Source: Felis catus
Taxonomy: Eukaryota
DNA length: 64,000 bases
Assembly: GCF_018350175.1 (NCBI RefSeq)
Contig: NC_058369.1
Coordinates: 3,164,001-3,228,000, forward strand
Reading direction: 5' to 3'
Shown piece after piece: positions 1 through 19,525 of this stretch (within the stretch, counting starts at the first letter, position 1; every line of letters starts with the position of its first letter). The notes beneath the pieces were generated by a model. That model was given only the letters and a program-made list of their open reading frames with translations, had not been told where the DNA came from and ran no database searches. The translations under genes and the position numbers were made by a program.

Positions 1-29
1 CAGAGCGGTGCCGGGTGCGCAGGAGGTGA

Positions 30-8094
<8,065 letters not shown>

Positions 8095-8359
8095 GCATCA
8101 GAACACTGGCCTTCCGCCGCCAGGCCCCGCGCAGGGGTGTCCGGGCTCCCACACTGGCCCCCCTAACTCGCAGACCAGCCTGGGCCTTCCCGACCGCCCC
8201 TGGCTGTGTCCACTGCCCCACTGGCCCCCCTGCACACACTGGCCAGTGCCAAGGCCAGCCCTGACCGTCCCCCGCCCCCACCGGAGAATCTGTGGTCCCC
8301 TCTCCCGCGTCCTATCTGTCCTGTCTGTCCCGTAGCCAGGCAGCACCCCGGACCCCAGA

Positions 8360-8365
8360 AATAAA
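8360..8365 (+). terminator. ANKRD24 polyadenylation signal
   Basis: AATAAA about 265 nt after the ANKRD24 stop codon. Confidence 0.75.
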
Positions 8366-8730
8366 AGCTCTTGGAGCCAAGGATGAAAGTGTGTGGCCTG
8401 ATCGCTGCCCCCCTCAGGGAGGGGAGGGTGGCCACGAGCAGGGATGAGGAGGTGAGGTGCTCACCCCTCCCCCCCCGCGCCAACCACATGGTCCCCGGAA
8501 GGAATGCTGTGTTCGTGGTGTCGAAGCTCATGATGAACAAACCACCCAGATGTCAAGTGAAGACAGGATCCGCGGCTGCCCGTCCTGTGTCACTTTCCTC
8601 GCCCTGAATCTGGCCTTGCTGGGGGCATCCCACCCCCAGCCTCCCTGCCCCTGGCAAGTCCCCAGAAATCCCCTGGGGTTTCTTGGATCTTTCTAGCTAA
8701 GGCAGGGGAGGCAGGAGTGTGGCTTGTCCC

Positions 8731-9075
8731 GGGGGTTTCCTTGGGTGTCCAGGGAAGGCACCATGTCTGTAGGGGCTCAGCCTGTCTCTTGGGGCCCCTG
8801 TGGCTCTGATAAGGTCCGCAGGTGGGGGCTGCCTCCCCGGGGCCTGCGTTTCTGTGGGTCCCCACCACTGCGGTCGGGCCTCTCTTCACCCTGTCTCCTT
8901 CCCTAGGTCTCTGTCTGTCTCTGTCTCTGTGTCTCTCCTCTGTTTCCGCCCCTGTCTCACGGTCTCCCATCTCTGTGTCTTGCTCTCTCCTCTCTGTGTG
9001 TGTCGCCGTGTCCCTCCCCACAGTGTTCCTTTCTCATCCTTCTCCATGACATTGTCCCCCTCCGGGGGTTTCCCC
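8731..9075 (+). promoter_or_regulatory. Two NF-kB consensus sites upstream of EBI3
   Basis: GGGGGTTTCC at 8731-8740 and 9064-9073 fit GGGRNWYYCC, about 680 and 350 nt upstream of the EBI3 ATG. EBI3 is an established NF-kB-inducible gene. Confidence 0.55.
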
Positions 9076-9411
9076 GTCCCCGTCCTCGCTGCAGGCGGAA
9101 GGAAGGACTGGCAGCCGGGCTGTTGTGGGAAAGGCCACGGGGTCTCCACTTCTCTCTTTCGGCCTCCTCTCCTGCCCGCGCCCTCGGGGCCTCCAGAGCC
9201 CCGCTGGTGGCCGCGATAGTGAAGGGACCTCCTCCGCCGCCCCAGCCCCCGCTCAGCTCTCCACTGGCCCCGCCAACTGGGTGGGGGAGTCATACCTGGG
9301 GAAGCTGGGGCTTTGACCGGGGGCTGTGCTTCCCCCCTCGGGTGGGACTCCAGTCCCCTGCCTCCCCAAGGTGCTCCTGCCCCAGCTCACGACAGCAGAG
9401 CCCGCGGGGTC

Positions 9412-12400
9412 ATGGCCTCAAGACTCCTGGTGCTCGCCCTCTGTGTGGGCTGCTCACCCTGCATCGGGAGAGAAGGTATGTGGGACCCCCGGGGGCCCGG
9501 GAGGCCAGGGCAGAGGGACGCTCCCTGGGGCCTGGAGGTTGCCTGCCATGGAACATTCTGAGCTGGGGTGGGAGCTCACACACCTACCGGATACCCGGTG
9601 CAGGGGGGAGGGCGTTACCATCCCATTGCACGGATGGGGAAACTGAGACACAGGATGAGTCCCACCGCAAAGTGGCACCAGGAAGCGGCAGCCACAGCTT
9701 GGATGGAGGGAGAGAGACGCAGGGAGGGAGGGAACAAGAGACGTTTTAATTATAGCATCCATTTCACTTGCTTCGAAACAAAGTTGTTACGAGAGGGGCC
9801 ACCCAGGTCCCCTTTGAGGCTCCTTAAACCTCAGTCTGGGGCGCCTGGGCGGCTCAGTCGGTTGAGCGTCCGACTTCGGCTCAGGTCATGATCTCACAGT
9901 TCGTGGGTTCGAGCCCCGCGTCAGGCTCCGTGCTGACAGCTCGGGAGCCCGGAACCTGCTTGGGATTCTGTGTCTCCCTCCTTCTCTCTGCCCCTCCCCC
10001 ACTTGCGCCCTGTCTCTCAAAAATAAATAAAACATTAAAAAATTAATAAAAAATAAAATTTAAATTAATATAAAAAAAAAACCTCAGTCTCCCCATCTGG
10101 AAAATGGGCTAATACTTCCTTCCCAGGTGCTAGAGAAGGTGGGAGATGAGGCAGGTGCCTTTCACTCACGCACTCATTCATTCATTTCACAAACCTTTAT
10201 TAGGCGCCTACCGCGTGCCTGGCGGGGAGGCTGGCGCCAGGCACACAGTAGGGCTCGGACCATCCCCAGGGTGACTTTGAAAGCTCACCCTGCTCCCTCT
10301 CCCTCCGGGGCCCCAGCAGCCCCCACCCAGCCCAGGGTGCGGTGCTGGGCCTCTAGGTACCCAATGGCCGTGGATTGCATCTGGACCCTGCCGGCCTCTC
10401 CGCTCCCCACCAGGCCCACTTACTTCATTGCCACGTACAGGTCAGAGTGCTAGGGGGGCCTCCAGGGGGTGGTTTCCTGCTGGCCCTGAGACCAGGACAG
10501 CTGGAGGCTTAGGGAGACCTGAAACCCTCGGGACTCTGGAGCAGCACCAGCTAGGGGGAAGACACTTCCTAAAATACAGATTGTGAGTCACGTGCCTTGT
10601 TTAAAATCTTCGAGAAGCCACGTTTAAAAAGGAAAGGGAAATTGTGAAGTTGACTTTGGTATTTTACTTCGGTAACGTCTAAATATCCCGAGGACTTCTC
10701 ATTTAATACGATGGGATGTAATTTAACATGCTTATGTACGATCCATGTATTTACATTTATGACAGAAGTTAATATTACTTAAGAGGATTCAAGAATAATT
10801 ATTTGAACGTGTAGTCAATATTTTAAACATTAAGGAGATATTTCACTTCCTTTTTATGCTCAGTCTTTGAAATTCCACATGCATTTTACACTTATAGCAC
10901 TTTTCAACTCACGTGCTAAACATTCACTGGAAATTCTCGGTCTCTGGTTATGTTTTATAAAATTTGTGGCTGGGAAAATCGATTCACCCAACTGGGAACT
11001 CGACGTTGAGGGTAGATGAAATAAATTAGAAAGACACCCTCGGTTGCACCAGCCATATTTCAGATGGTGGAGAGCCACTCATGGCCGGTGACCGCTGCGT
11101 CCAACAGCGTGGTCGGAGCCCGTGGAATATTCTGGAAGGCTCTGGAATGTTCTGGAATGTCTCTAGAGTCTGAAGTCTCAGGGCCTCAGAACTCCGCAGA
11201 ATCAGAATCTTCTTATTTCCAAACCTGTGATTCCATAGACCTTGGGATATCGGAATTCTAAGGCTGGAACTTTGACATTCCAGAAGCCTGTAGCATCTGT
11301 ACCCTAGCATCTCCCTGTGGGGCGTTACCCCTGGCCCTGGGTCACCACAGGCTCTGCGATGTTGGGGCGAACGGCTCCCTCAGGGTCACCCAGCCAACAG
11401 CAGGATCCCAGCCCGTGGTCCTCGAGTGCGGTCCACACGGGGTCCAGGGCACGGGCGGGCCGGCAGGAAGGGCCGAGGCCCTCATACCGTCCCTGCGTGT
11501 CCAGGCTGGGCGTGGCTGCCCACGGGGAGAGCCGGCCCTGCCTCCAGCCGACTCCAGAGGCCACCAGCTGCACCATCCCAGACGTCCAGATGTTTTCCAT
11601 GGTGCCATACATACTCAACGTCACGGCTGTGCAGCCCCGGGGCACCAGCAGCAGCTTCGTGCCCTTTGTTCCGGAACACATCAGTGAGTGTGGGCAGCGA
11701 TGGGGGGTGTGGAGGCCGTCAGCTCGCTCCTGCCCCTCCCCCCTCTCACCACCCACCTCCTGTCACCCATCCTGGGTCCCGTCAGCCCCACCTTGGTATT
11801 TCTTCGAGAAGAGACCCACTTTTCCCCATCCTGAGCCCCTGTCTGGCCCTGCACTGGGGTCCCGGACTCCAGCCCTCACCCCCACAGTCCGTCCTCCCCA
11901 CAGTGGCCACCAGAGGGTGCACACGAGCCTCCGAGTCGGGTCCAGCCCTCCTCTGCCCACAGCCCTCCAGGACTCCCAAGCCCTCCTCCCCTGGATCCCC
12001 AGGGCCCTGCGCACCTGCCCCATCCCCTCCCTGCCCTCCTCCCTCTCTCCTCCTCACTCCTTCTACTGCAGCCACACACACCTCCTCTGTCCCTCCAACA
12101 CACCAGGCAGGTCCTGCCCCAGGACCTTTGCACTGTCTGTGCCCTCTGCCGGGAATCCTCTTCCCCCAGATCTCTCTGGGGGAGTTCACTCCCTCACCTC
12201 CTTCAGGCCTCTACTCATCTCCTCAGTGAGCTCCTCCCACCCCCGCCAACTCTCCGAGCACATTGTTGGATTGCAAACCCTCATATGTTGCTGGTGGTTA
12301 CAAAAAAAAAAAAAAAAAAAAAAAAAGACACGAGAGGCCACATGGGGTGGGATTCCCTTTATGGGAAATGTCCAGAACAGGCTCACCGTCGATAAGTATC

Positions 12401-14991
12401 TGATTGCGTGAAGGAGGGAGTCTGCCATCCCTTCCTGACCCCGCATCCTGCTCGCCCATCAGTCAAACCGGACCCTCCAGAAGGCGTCCGCCTGAGCCCC
12501 ATCCCTGGGCAGCGGCTGTGGGTGCAGTGGGAACCCCCCCGGTCCTGGCCCTTCCCGGAGACCTTCTCACTCAAGTACTGGATCCGATACAAGCATCACA
12601 GATCTGCCCGCTTCCGCCAGGTGAGGAGGACGAGGGGAGGAGGGGAGGGTGGTTCCCGGGTAGAGGGCACCGCGGGAGCAGGCGTGCGCTGGGGCCTCAA
12701 ACGCAGCCAGGGCGCCACGTGGGGGCCGCCCCGGGATTGGACTCCTGGCTGTCTACCCAAAGGGACGGCCGATGGGAACTCGAACAAAGCTTCGCACATA
12801 CACGTCCACGGCAGCGCCGTTCACAACAGCCGAAGCGTGGAAACTGCCCGAATGTCAACGGATGAATTAGATGAACACAGGCGTCCACCGTGCACGCGCA
12901 CGCCCAGAGAGGCACGCGTCCACCGTGCACGCGCACCTCCCTGGGTCGCGAGCAGGAGCGAGGCGCCCCCACCCGCCGCGCAGGGAGGGAACCAGACACG
13001 AGAGGCCACGTGGTGCGGGCCCACGCGTGTGAAACGTCCAGCACAGGCTCATCCACGGACGGGAAGGGGGCTCGTGCCTGCCCGGGGCTGGGGGGCGGGG
13101 TGGGGGAGGTTGCTGATGAGCACATGGCTTCCTTTTGGGGTGATGGGATGTTCTGGAAGGAGAGTTGACGGTTGCACAACAGTGGGAAGGGACTCAGTGC
13201 CACTGGATGGTATCTTTGGATGGGTGAATTTCATGTCATGTGACTCTCACCTTGCTTGAAAACAAATCGGTTGTTTTGCATTTTTACAAAGTGAACAAAC
13301 AAGTAAGGGCAGGGTACAGAGAAGGTCAGCTGTGTACCAGACAGCCTCGGATGCGGGGACCAGGAGCTCAGGGCTTCTTCAGTCCCGTCCCATAGGCCTT
13401 TCTGGGAAGATGGAAATGTTCTCCGTCTGCACCCAAATTGTACCACGAACCACACGTGTCTGCAAGGGGGGGGGGGGGGGGTGGATAGCCAAGGATCTGG
13501 CCTTTTTTTTTTTTTTTAAGTTTATTTATTTATTTTGAGAGGGACAGGAAGGCTATGCACGCGCGAGTTGGGAAGGGGCAGAGAGAGCGAGGAGAGAGAA
13601 TCCCAAGCAGGCTCCGCACGGTCAGTCAGGAGCCCGACGGGGGACGGGGCTCGAGCTCCCAAACCGGTGAGATCGTGACCTGAGCTGACATCAGAGTCAG
13701 ATGCTTAACCGACTGAGCCACCCAGGCTTCCCGCTAAGGAACTGGCTTTTAAGTTTTATGTAGTGTTCATTAATTTTATCTTAAATATTTTCGCAATCCT
13801 TAAAACTGAGACAGAATTTGCATGCCGTAAAACTCGCCGCCGTTTTAAAGTGCACAACGCTATAAGCAGCCAGTGGCTTTGAGTGTATTCGCAAAGTTGC
13901 GCAACCTTTAATGAATCTAAATGCAAAATGTCAGTCACCACATCCGGCGACCATCAGGACAGGTCAGGGCAGAGCCCAGAGGGAGCCAGTCAGGTCTGGG
14001 GCTAGGAGGTTGCCTCTGGGGGCTGGGATGGGTCGTCCTTGAGGATGAGGGGGACCCGGCAGGAGGAAAAAGGGCCGGCTCTGGGAGGGAGGGTGGGAAT
14101 ATCAGGCCAGAGAGTTGCTGAGTGCGTGCCTCCCTCGTGCCCACGGGTTGTCGTCTACGGAGGTGGCCGAGTGAGGATGTGGAGAGGTCAGTACCTCGAC
14201 AAGAAGATTTAGTAGATTTCCCGACAGAGGGGGGCCCTGGGGCAACATCAGGACGGTCAGGAGCCCGGCTGTGCCTCTGTTGGGATTTCCACGGAAAGGC
14301 AAGGCAGGACGAGGCAGACAGCTCGGGGTTGGCGAGTCTGAAGGGCTCTGGGCTGCACCCGCCCCAGAGGCTTTGAGGCAGGGGGAGTGTCGGCTTGAAA
14401 GAGAGAGGAAGAGGGGTGTGAGTCCAATCGAGTCCAATCGGCGGGTTTGTGGGTTTGTACGGGAGAGGCAGGCTCCTGGCCTGCTTGCGAACTCTGAGAC
14501 TCGGCTGACCCTGGTCAGCAAGATGTTGAAGATCTCGAATCGGAAGATACCGAAAACTTAAAAACAAGGTTAACCCAGGGGGCCAGGAGGGAGCCCGGAG
14601 GAGGAGTGGGGTGCTGGGGTCTGGCTGCTGAGACAGCCTGGGGGCCCGTGCAGTCCTCCAAGGAATCCTGAACCGGGCGGCTCTGGGGCCAGGGATGGGG
14701 AAGGCCCAACGCGGTGGAGGGGGCCGCAGAGGACGTGTTTTTTGGATTGGGTGAGGGTCTGGGTCTTGCAGTTCTGTGCACAGCGGCCCCTCCCAGCCTT
14801 GTCCTTCCCACTGACCTGGCCCTCTTTTCTGCTCTCAGGTGGGGCCCATTGAAGCCACATCCTTCACCCTCAGGGCTTTGAGGCCCCAGGCCAAGTACTG
14901 CATCCAGGTGGCCGCTCAGGACCTCACCGACTATGGGGAAGTGAGTGACTGGAGTCTCCCTGCCACTGCCTCCATGATCTGGGGCAAGTAG
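9412..14991 (+). CDS. EBI3: Epstein-Barr virus induced 3 (IL-27/IL-35 beta subunit), about 225 aa
   Basis: Exons 9412-9475 (signal peptide MASRLLVLALCVGCSPCIGRE), 10317-10440 (or 10320), 11505-11683, 12463-12620, 14839-14991 (TAG); 678 nt, in frame. Two FNIII domains, IKPDPPEGV hinge and WSXWS-like VSDWS. Confidence 0.95.
9826..10090 (+). mobile_element. Can-SINE with 12-bp target-site duplication
   Basis: Head ggggcgcctgggcggctcagtcggttgagcgtccgact at 9838, CT-rich body, A-tail. TSD aaacctcagtct at 9826-9837 and 10079-10090, inside a MIR-like fragment. Confidence 0.92.
10570..11110. mobile_element. MER33/Charlie-like DNA transposon remnant
   Basis: AT-rich block in EBI3 intron 2 with cattttacacttatagcac and gccatatttcag...agccactcatggc motifs resembling recalled MER33. 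Confidence 0.5.
12770..13260 (+). mobile_element. Ancient L1 (L1MB-like) 3' end remnant
   Basis: ggaaactgcccgaatgtc...gaggccacgtggtg...ttccttttggggtgatgggatgttctggaa...gttgcacaaca...tgggtgaatttcatg follows the old L1M 3' UTR pattern. Confidence 0.65.
13502..13732 (-). mobile_element. Can-SINE
   Basis: Reverse-complement SINE with T-tail, flanked by near-duplicate aaggatctggc / aaggaactggc. Confidence 0.85.
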
Positions 14992-15669
14992 CGGGGCTTT
15001 CTAGAACCCCCAGAGGAGGGGCTGGGTCCTTGACGTCCAACCCTCCCCCTCCCCCACTGCCGCGGATGGGACCCAACTGGCCTGGATTCACTGCTGCTGA
15101 GTGGCTGGGCCACTGTGGACAAATCACTTTGCCCCCCCCCCCCGAGCCTCAGTTTGTCAATCTGTGAAATGGGGATGTACTTCTTTCTTAGATCCCAGTA
15201 CAGGGCTTTATAAACTGTGAACGTGTGATGTTTTTTATTGTTTAACTAGAAAAAGACTTGTTGCTGGAATGAGGATTCCTCCTCCCTTCCTTCAGTAGAC
15301 CCAGATGAGACCCAGAGAGGAGAGAATGGAGTGGGACACACACACAGCGACTCCCAGCTCCTATGAATGGGGTCAGGGCTGGAACGGAGGCAGAGCCTGG
15401 GATGGCGGAGTCCTGGGGCTGGGGGCAGGGGTTCTGCCTGGGATAGAGGGTGGAATCCGTTCAGTTCAGGCGTTCAGACCACCTACCTCCAGAAAAGCTG
15501 CCTGGGGGTGAGCCTCATTGTGGATGGACACAAAAATGACATGAATCTGGGAAGATTTCTCTAGGAGGGGGCAAAACCTTGCCGACCGGAGACCAGAGAT
15601 AATCCACGGACTTGTTTGTAAATTTCACTCAGAGGTCACCTCGGAGAAGTCTTTCCTGACCACGTGGTC

Positions 15670-16130
15670 TATGGCCAGCAAAGTCATGGCCCCCCAAAGA
15701 TACCCAACCCCTAATGCCCAGAATCTGTGAATACAGTACCTACCATGGCAAAAGGGACTTTGCAGGTGTGATTAAGAATCATGAGAATCCTTAATTTGAC
15801 GATTAAGGATCTTTTATTAAGTTAATGAATATCGAGGCGGGTTATCCTGGATGATCCAGGGGGCCCCAGGATAATGACAAGGGCCAGAGGGAGAGAGAAA
15901 AGGTGATGTGACAACAGAAGCAGAGGCCAGAGTGATGCCAGGCCATGAGCTGGGGAATGTGGGTGGCCCCTGGAAACTGGAAAAGTCAAGGAAACACATT
16001 CTGCCCTGGAGCCCTCCTCCCATCCACTTTAGACTTCTGACCTCCAAACTGCAGGCTAGTAAACGTGTGTGGTTTTAGGACAGGGAGCTTGTGATAATAA
16101 CCTCGCAGCAGCGACAGGAAGCTCATACAC
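15670..16130 (+). mobile_element. MLT1-type MaLR LTR remnant
   Basis: atggccccccaaagat...atggcaaaagggactttgcaggtgtgattaag...gacttctgacctccaaactg, typical MLT1 motifs. Confidence 0.75.
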
Positions 16131-16354
16131 CATCTCAGGGAGCCCTTCTTTCCACTGTCCCAACACTGCCCTGTTGCACTATCCCCAGATCCCTTACCAG
16201 GTGTTTGGGTGTGGAAGCTGGTGTATGTGTGTGCAGGGGATGTGTATACGGGAGCTGGTGTGCGTGCATGTGTGTCTGTGTCTCTGGTGTGTGCAGGGCA
16301 GGTGGCTTTGGAGCTGGTGTGCCTGCATGTGCAGGGGAGATGGGTGTGGGAGCT

Positions 16355-16355
<1 letters not shown>

Positions 16356-16402
<47 letters not shown>

Positions 16403-16407
16403 CGCGC
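16356..16407 (+). repeat. (TG)n followed by (CG)n microsatellite
   Basis: About 19 TG units running directly into cgcgcgcgcgcgc. Confidence 0.95.
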
Positions 16408-16689
16408 AGGGGAGGAGGGTGTGGAGCCTGGTCTCTGAGTGTCTGCCGGGGACTCCAGGTAAACTTGGGCGGGGTGGCGTCCAGGGTGCTCCTCTGCGGA
16501 CACATGCAGCCTGGGGGCGCTGACCCCAGTCCCCAGGTGAGCGGCACGGGAACACGTGTGGGTCCCCGCAGCCCAACACACAGCCTAAGCGCTCAACGCC
16601 GACCTCGGTACTCGCTCCAAGAAAGAGCAAACAGTAGGGAATGTCTCGAGCAGCGGCCACGGCGCGTCACGACCGAATACTTAGGAGCT

Positions 16690-16976
16690 CCTGGTCACCT
16701 CTAGGGGGCGGAGCGCCTGCCTTGAACTTCCAATCAGCCGGCTCCCGGAGCTTTTGTTGCCAACTACCGAGGTTGCAACTCGGAAGAAGGGATAGCCGGA
16801 GTCGGGTCTTGACAGGCGGGGATCTGAGCCAATGAAAAGGGAACCTGCGTATGCTCCAACCAATAATAGAATGAAGGAAGTGACGTCAGCGGAAATACGA
16901 GGGACGGTTAAGGAAGTTCGGCGAACACCGAGCCTAAGCGGTCCTCTGGCCCTTGTGGGAGGAGTAGGAGGCAAAG
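16690..16976 (+). promoter_or_regulatory. YJU2 CpG-rich TATA-less promoter
   Basis: CCAAT boxes near 16730, 16829 and 16860; overlapping ETS-CRE GGAAGTGACGTCA at 16876-16888; CTCF-like cctctagggggcg at 16698-16710. Confidence 0.7.
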
Positions 16977-19474
16977 ATGTCGGAGCGAAAAGTTTTAAAC
17001 GTAAGTATTTGGTGACTGGGGCTTTCTACCCGAGAGGGGACATCTCGGAGCTCCGGCCTAGGTGGGCTTCCTGTACTTTCCTATTGGAACCTTTTTCTTT
17101 TCTCCAACGATCTTCCGCGGGGCGTGGCTTTCAGACACCTCCCAATCACCTTCCGTGAGGGGTGGGCCTTCGCGGTGTTTGGGGGCGGAGCTTAGGCCTT
17201 TTACCAGGTCTCGTCCTCTGATTGGATGTTCCGAAGGGAATTAGCCAATCATTTCCCCTGGGAGGGGGGGTGCGCCTTGAAGAGTATCGGTGTTTTCCCC
17301 ACGCCACGCCCCAGGGCCGTGGCTCCCGGAAGCCCCGCCCACATACGGGTCTGGCTTTGCTCAGCCCTCCCGTTCTGCTGGTGGGGGGAGCCTCCTAACT
17401 GTATTGTGAAACGGGGACTTTTGTGAGGTGGAGGGGGGGCTCAGAAGTCAGGATGCGGCTTCTGGAAAAGAGAGCTCTTGAATTCCGAGTTCCTGTCCCC
17501 ACCCCCCACCCCTCAGGAATGTCAGGGGGTGAGCTCCCCAGCCTGGGGGCGGGGGGGTAAGTCCAGGATGTCAGGCCAAGAGCCCAGATCTGCAGGGTCG
17601 GTTTGATGCTCCTTCCTGCGGCTCAGCGTTCTAATCTTTTAAACATTCATGTGAGGAATGCACCCCCAGCCCCGTCGCAGTCCAGTTCAGGTGCTGGACT
17701 TCGTGTCCCTGAAAGTCCTTCCATCCTGAGGATCCAACTGGGAACCGTTTCTCTAATTTCCTGGTGGATAGTTCTGTGCGCCGGCCGTTGCGCTAGTGGC
17801 ACGCACATCGCATCAAGGAGGTGGTGGGTTATGTCCATTCAGATGAGAATGAGGCCCAGAGAGAGGGGTGATAGCCACGGGGTGGAGGAGTCCAACCCAG
17901 GTCCCTGGATCCGTAACCTATGCACCACTGTACCACTGTTACCCCCGGAGTCCTGTCCCCGCAGGGACTCAGTTTCCTCCTCTGTGAAATGGGTACGTCG
18001 CACCCCGTCTCCTAGAGTCTTTGCAAGGATTCTGTGGGACATGGCAGGTAAAGTGCTCCACGTGGCATCTGGCGCCTAGTAGGTGCCCAGAACACAAGCT
18101 GCTGTGTTTTCTGATTGTCCGTTGAAGTTGTTTTTACAACCCCAAACCGCCTTCCCCGTATGCCCCGCCTCAGCCTCCCGTGCCGGAGTTAAGACAGCAG
18201 AACTGAGGCTGCTATCCTCAGAAAGTCTGGCTGGCGAGGGTGGACCTTGGCTGGCATCCGGGAACTTGAATCTCAGGCTGGTTCCCACTGATCCCTGATT
18301 AGAATGGTTCCCTGGGCTCAAACTCTGTACGAACAACGTGGTTTAGGGTGCGCGTGGGCCCTCCTCCTGGAGTCTAGAACGTCAGAACCTGCGAGGCCGT
18401 GGGGCCTGCGTGACCTTCCCTCGGCGAAAACCCTGGGCACTGGGTCCCCGTGAGCTTCCGTGGGAGACACCGTCTCACGTGTGTTGTCATATTTCATTAC
18501 TGGGCTAATCAAGCACGTCCTGTGTGAGCCCGTTGGGAGAAGACCCTGGAACAGTGTGTCTAGTCTCCCCGGACCCCCCCCCCCCAACACACACACCCTG
18601 TTTCCTTTGCTGATTTCTGTCTGTGTCCTTTTGCCGTAACGAGTGATTCCCATAAGTACGAGCGTACGTGGAGTCCTGGGAGCCGTCACACGAAGTCATC
18701 AAACCCCAGGGCGGTCCTGGGGACCTGGGTCTGGCGGTCCCCAGAGCCCTTCCCTGTGGCTCAAACAGCTCCCTGGTGCTTTCACTTCCCACAGAAATAC
18801 TACCCGCCTGACTTTGACCCGTCAAAGATCCCCAAGCTCAAGCTCCCCAAAGATCGGCAGTACGTGGTGAGGTTGATGGCTCCCTTCAACATGAGGTGAG
18901 TGCCCCACCCCGCCGTGCGCCTCTTCATGTGCCCCCCCCACCACGTGACATCCCAGTGAGTACCTGACTCGACCAGCCGTCACCTTCCTCAAAGTTCAGG
19001 ATTAACCCCCCCGGATCTTGATCATTGGTAGTTAAGTGTGTTAAGCGGAGATGGGGCCCTGGGTACTAATTCACCTCCTCACAACAGCCACGCTCCTTCA
19101 TACCCCAGGACCTTTGCACGGGCTGTTCCTTCTGCCTGGAACCCTGTTCCTTCTTCTCTCACGTGGGTGGTGCTTCTTCACGCTTCAGGTCTTGGCTTAT
19201 CTCACCCCCTCAGGGACGCGTGGCTGGCTCAGTCCGTAGAGCATGCGACTGTTGATCTCAGGGTTGTGAGTTTGAGCCCCGCATTGGGTGTAGAGAATAA
19301 CAAAAAAATAATAAGTAGCTTAAAAATATGAATATTAAAAAAACAAGCAATCTTTGGGGCACACGGGTGGCTCAGTCGGTTAAGCATCTGACTTCGGCTC
19401 AGGGTATGATTTCAGGGTTCGTGACTTCACGCCCTGTGTCAGGTGAGCTCGAACCCCACTTGGGGTGAGCCCTG

Positions 19475-19525
<51 letters not shown>

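Noticed and set aside
11317..12411. 364-aa ORF spanning EBI3 exon 3
   Set aside because: Only 11505-11683 is EBI3-like; the rest is GC-rich intron and repeat-derived sequence.
14100..14560. Possible LTR remnant in EBI3 intron 4
   Set aside because: Resembles an ERV-type LTR, but I cannot fix the family or boundaries without a Dfam search.
14938..14946. GAA|GTGAGT donor-like site inside the last EBI3 exon
   Set aside because: It lies in the VSDWS-coding sequence of a terminal exon, and I found no downstream exon to support its use.
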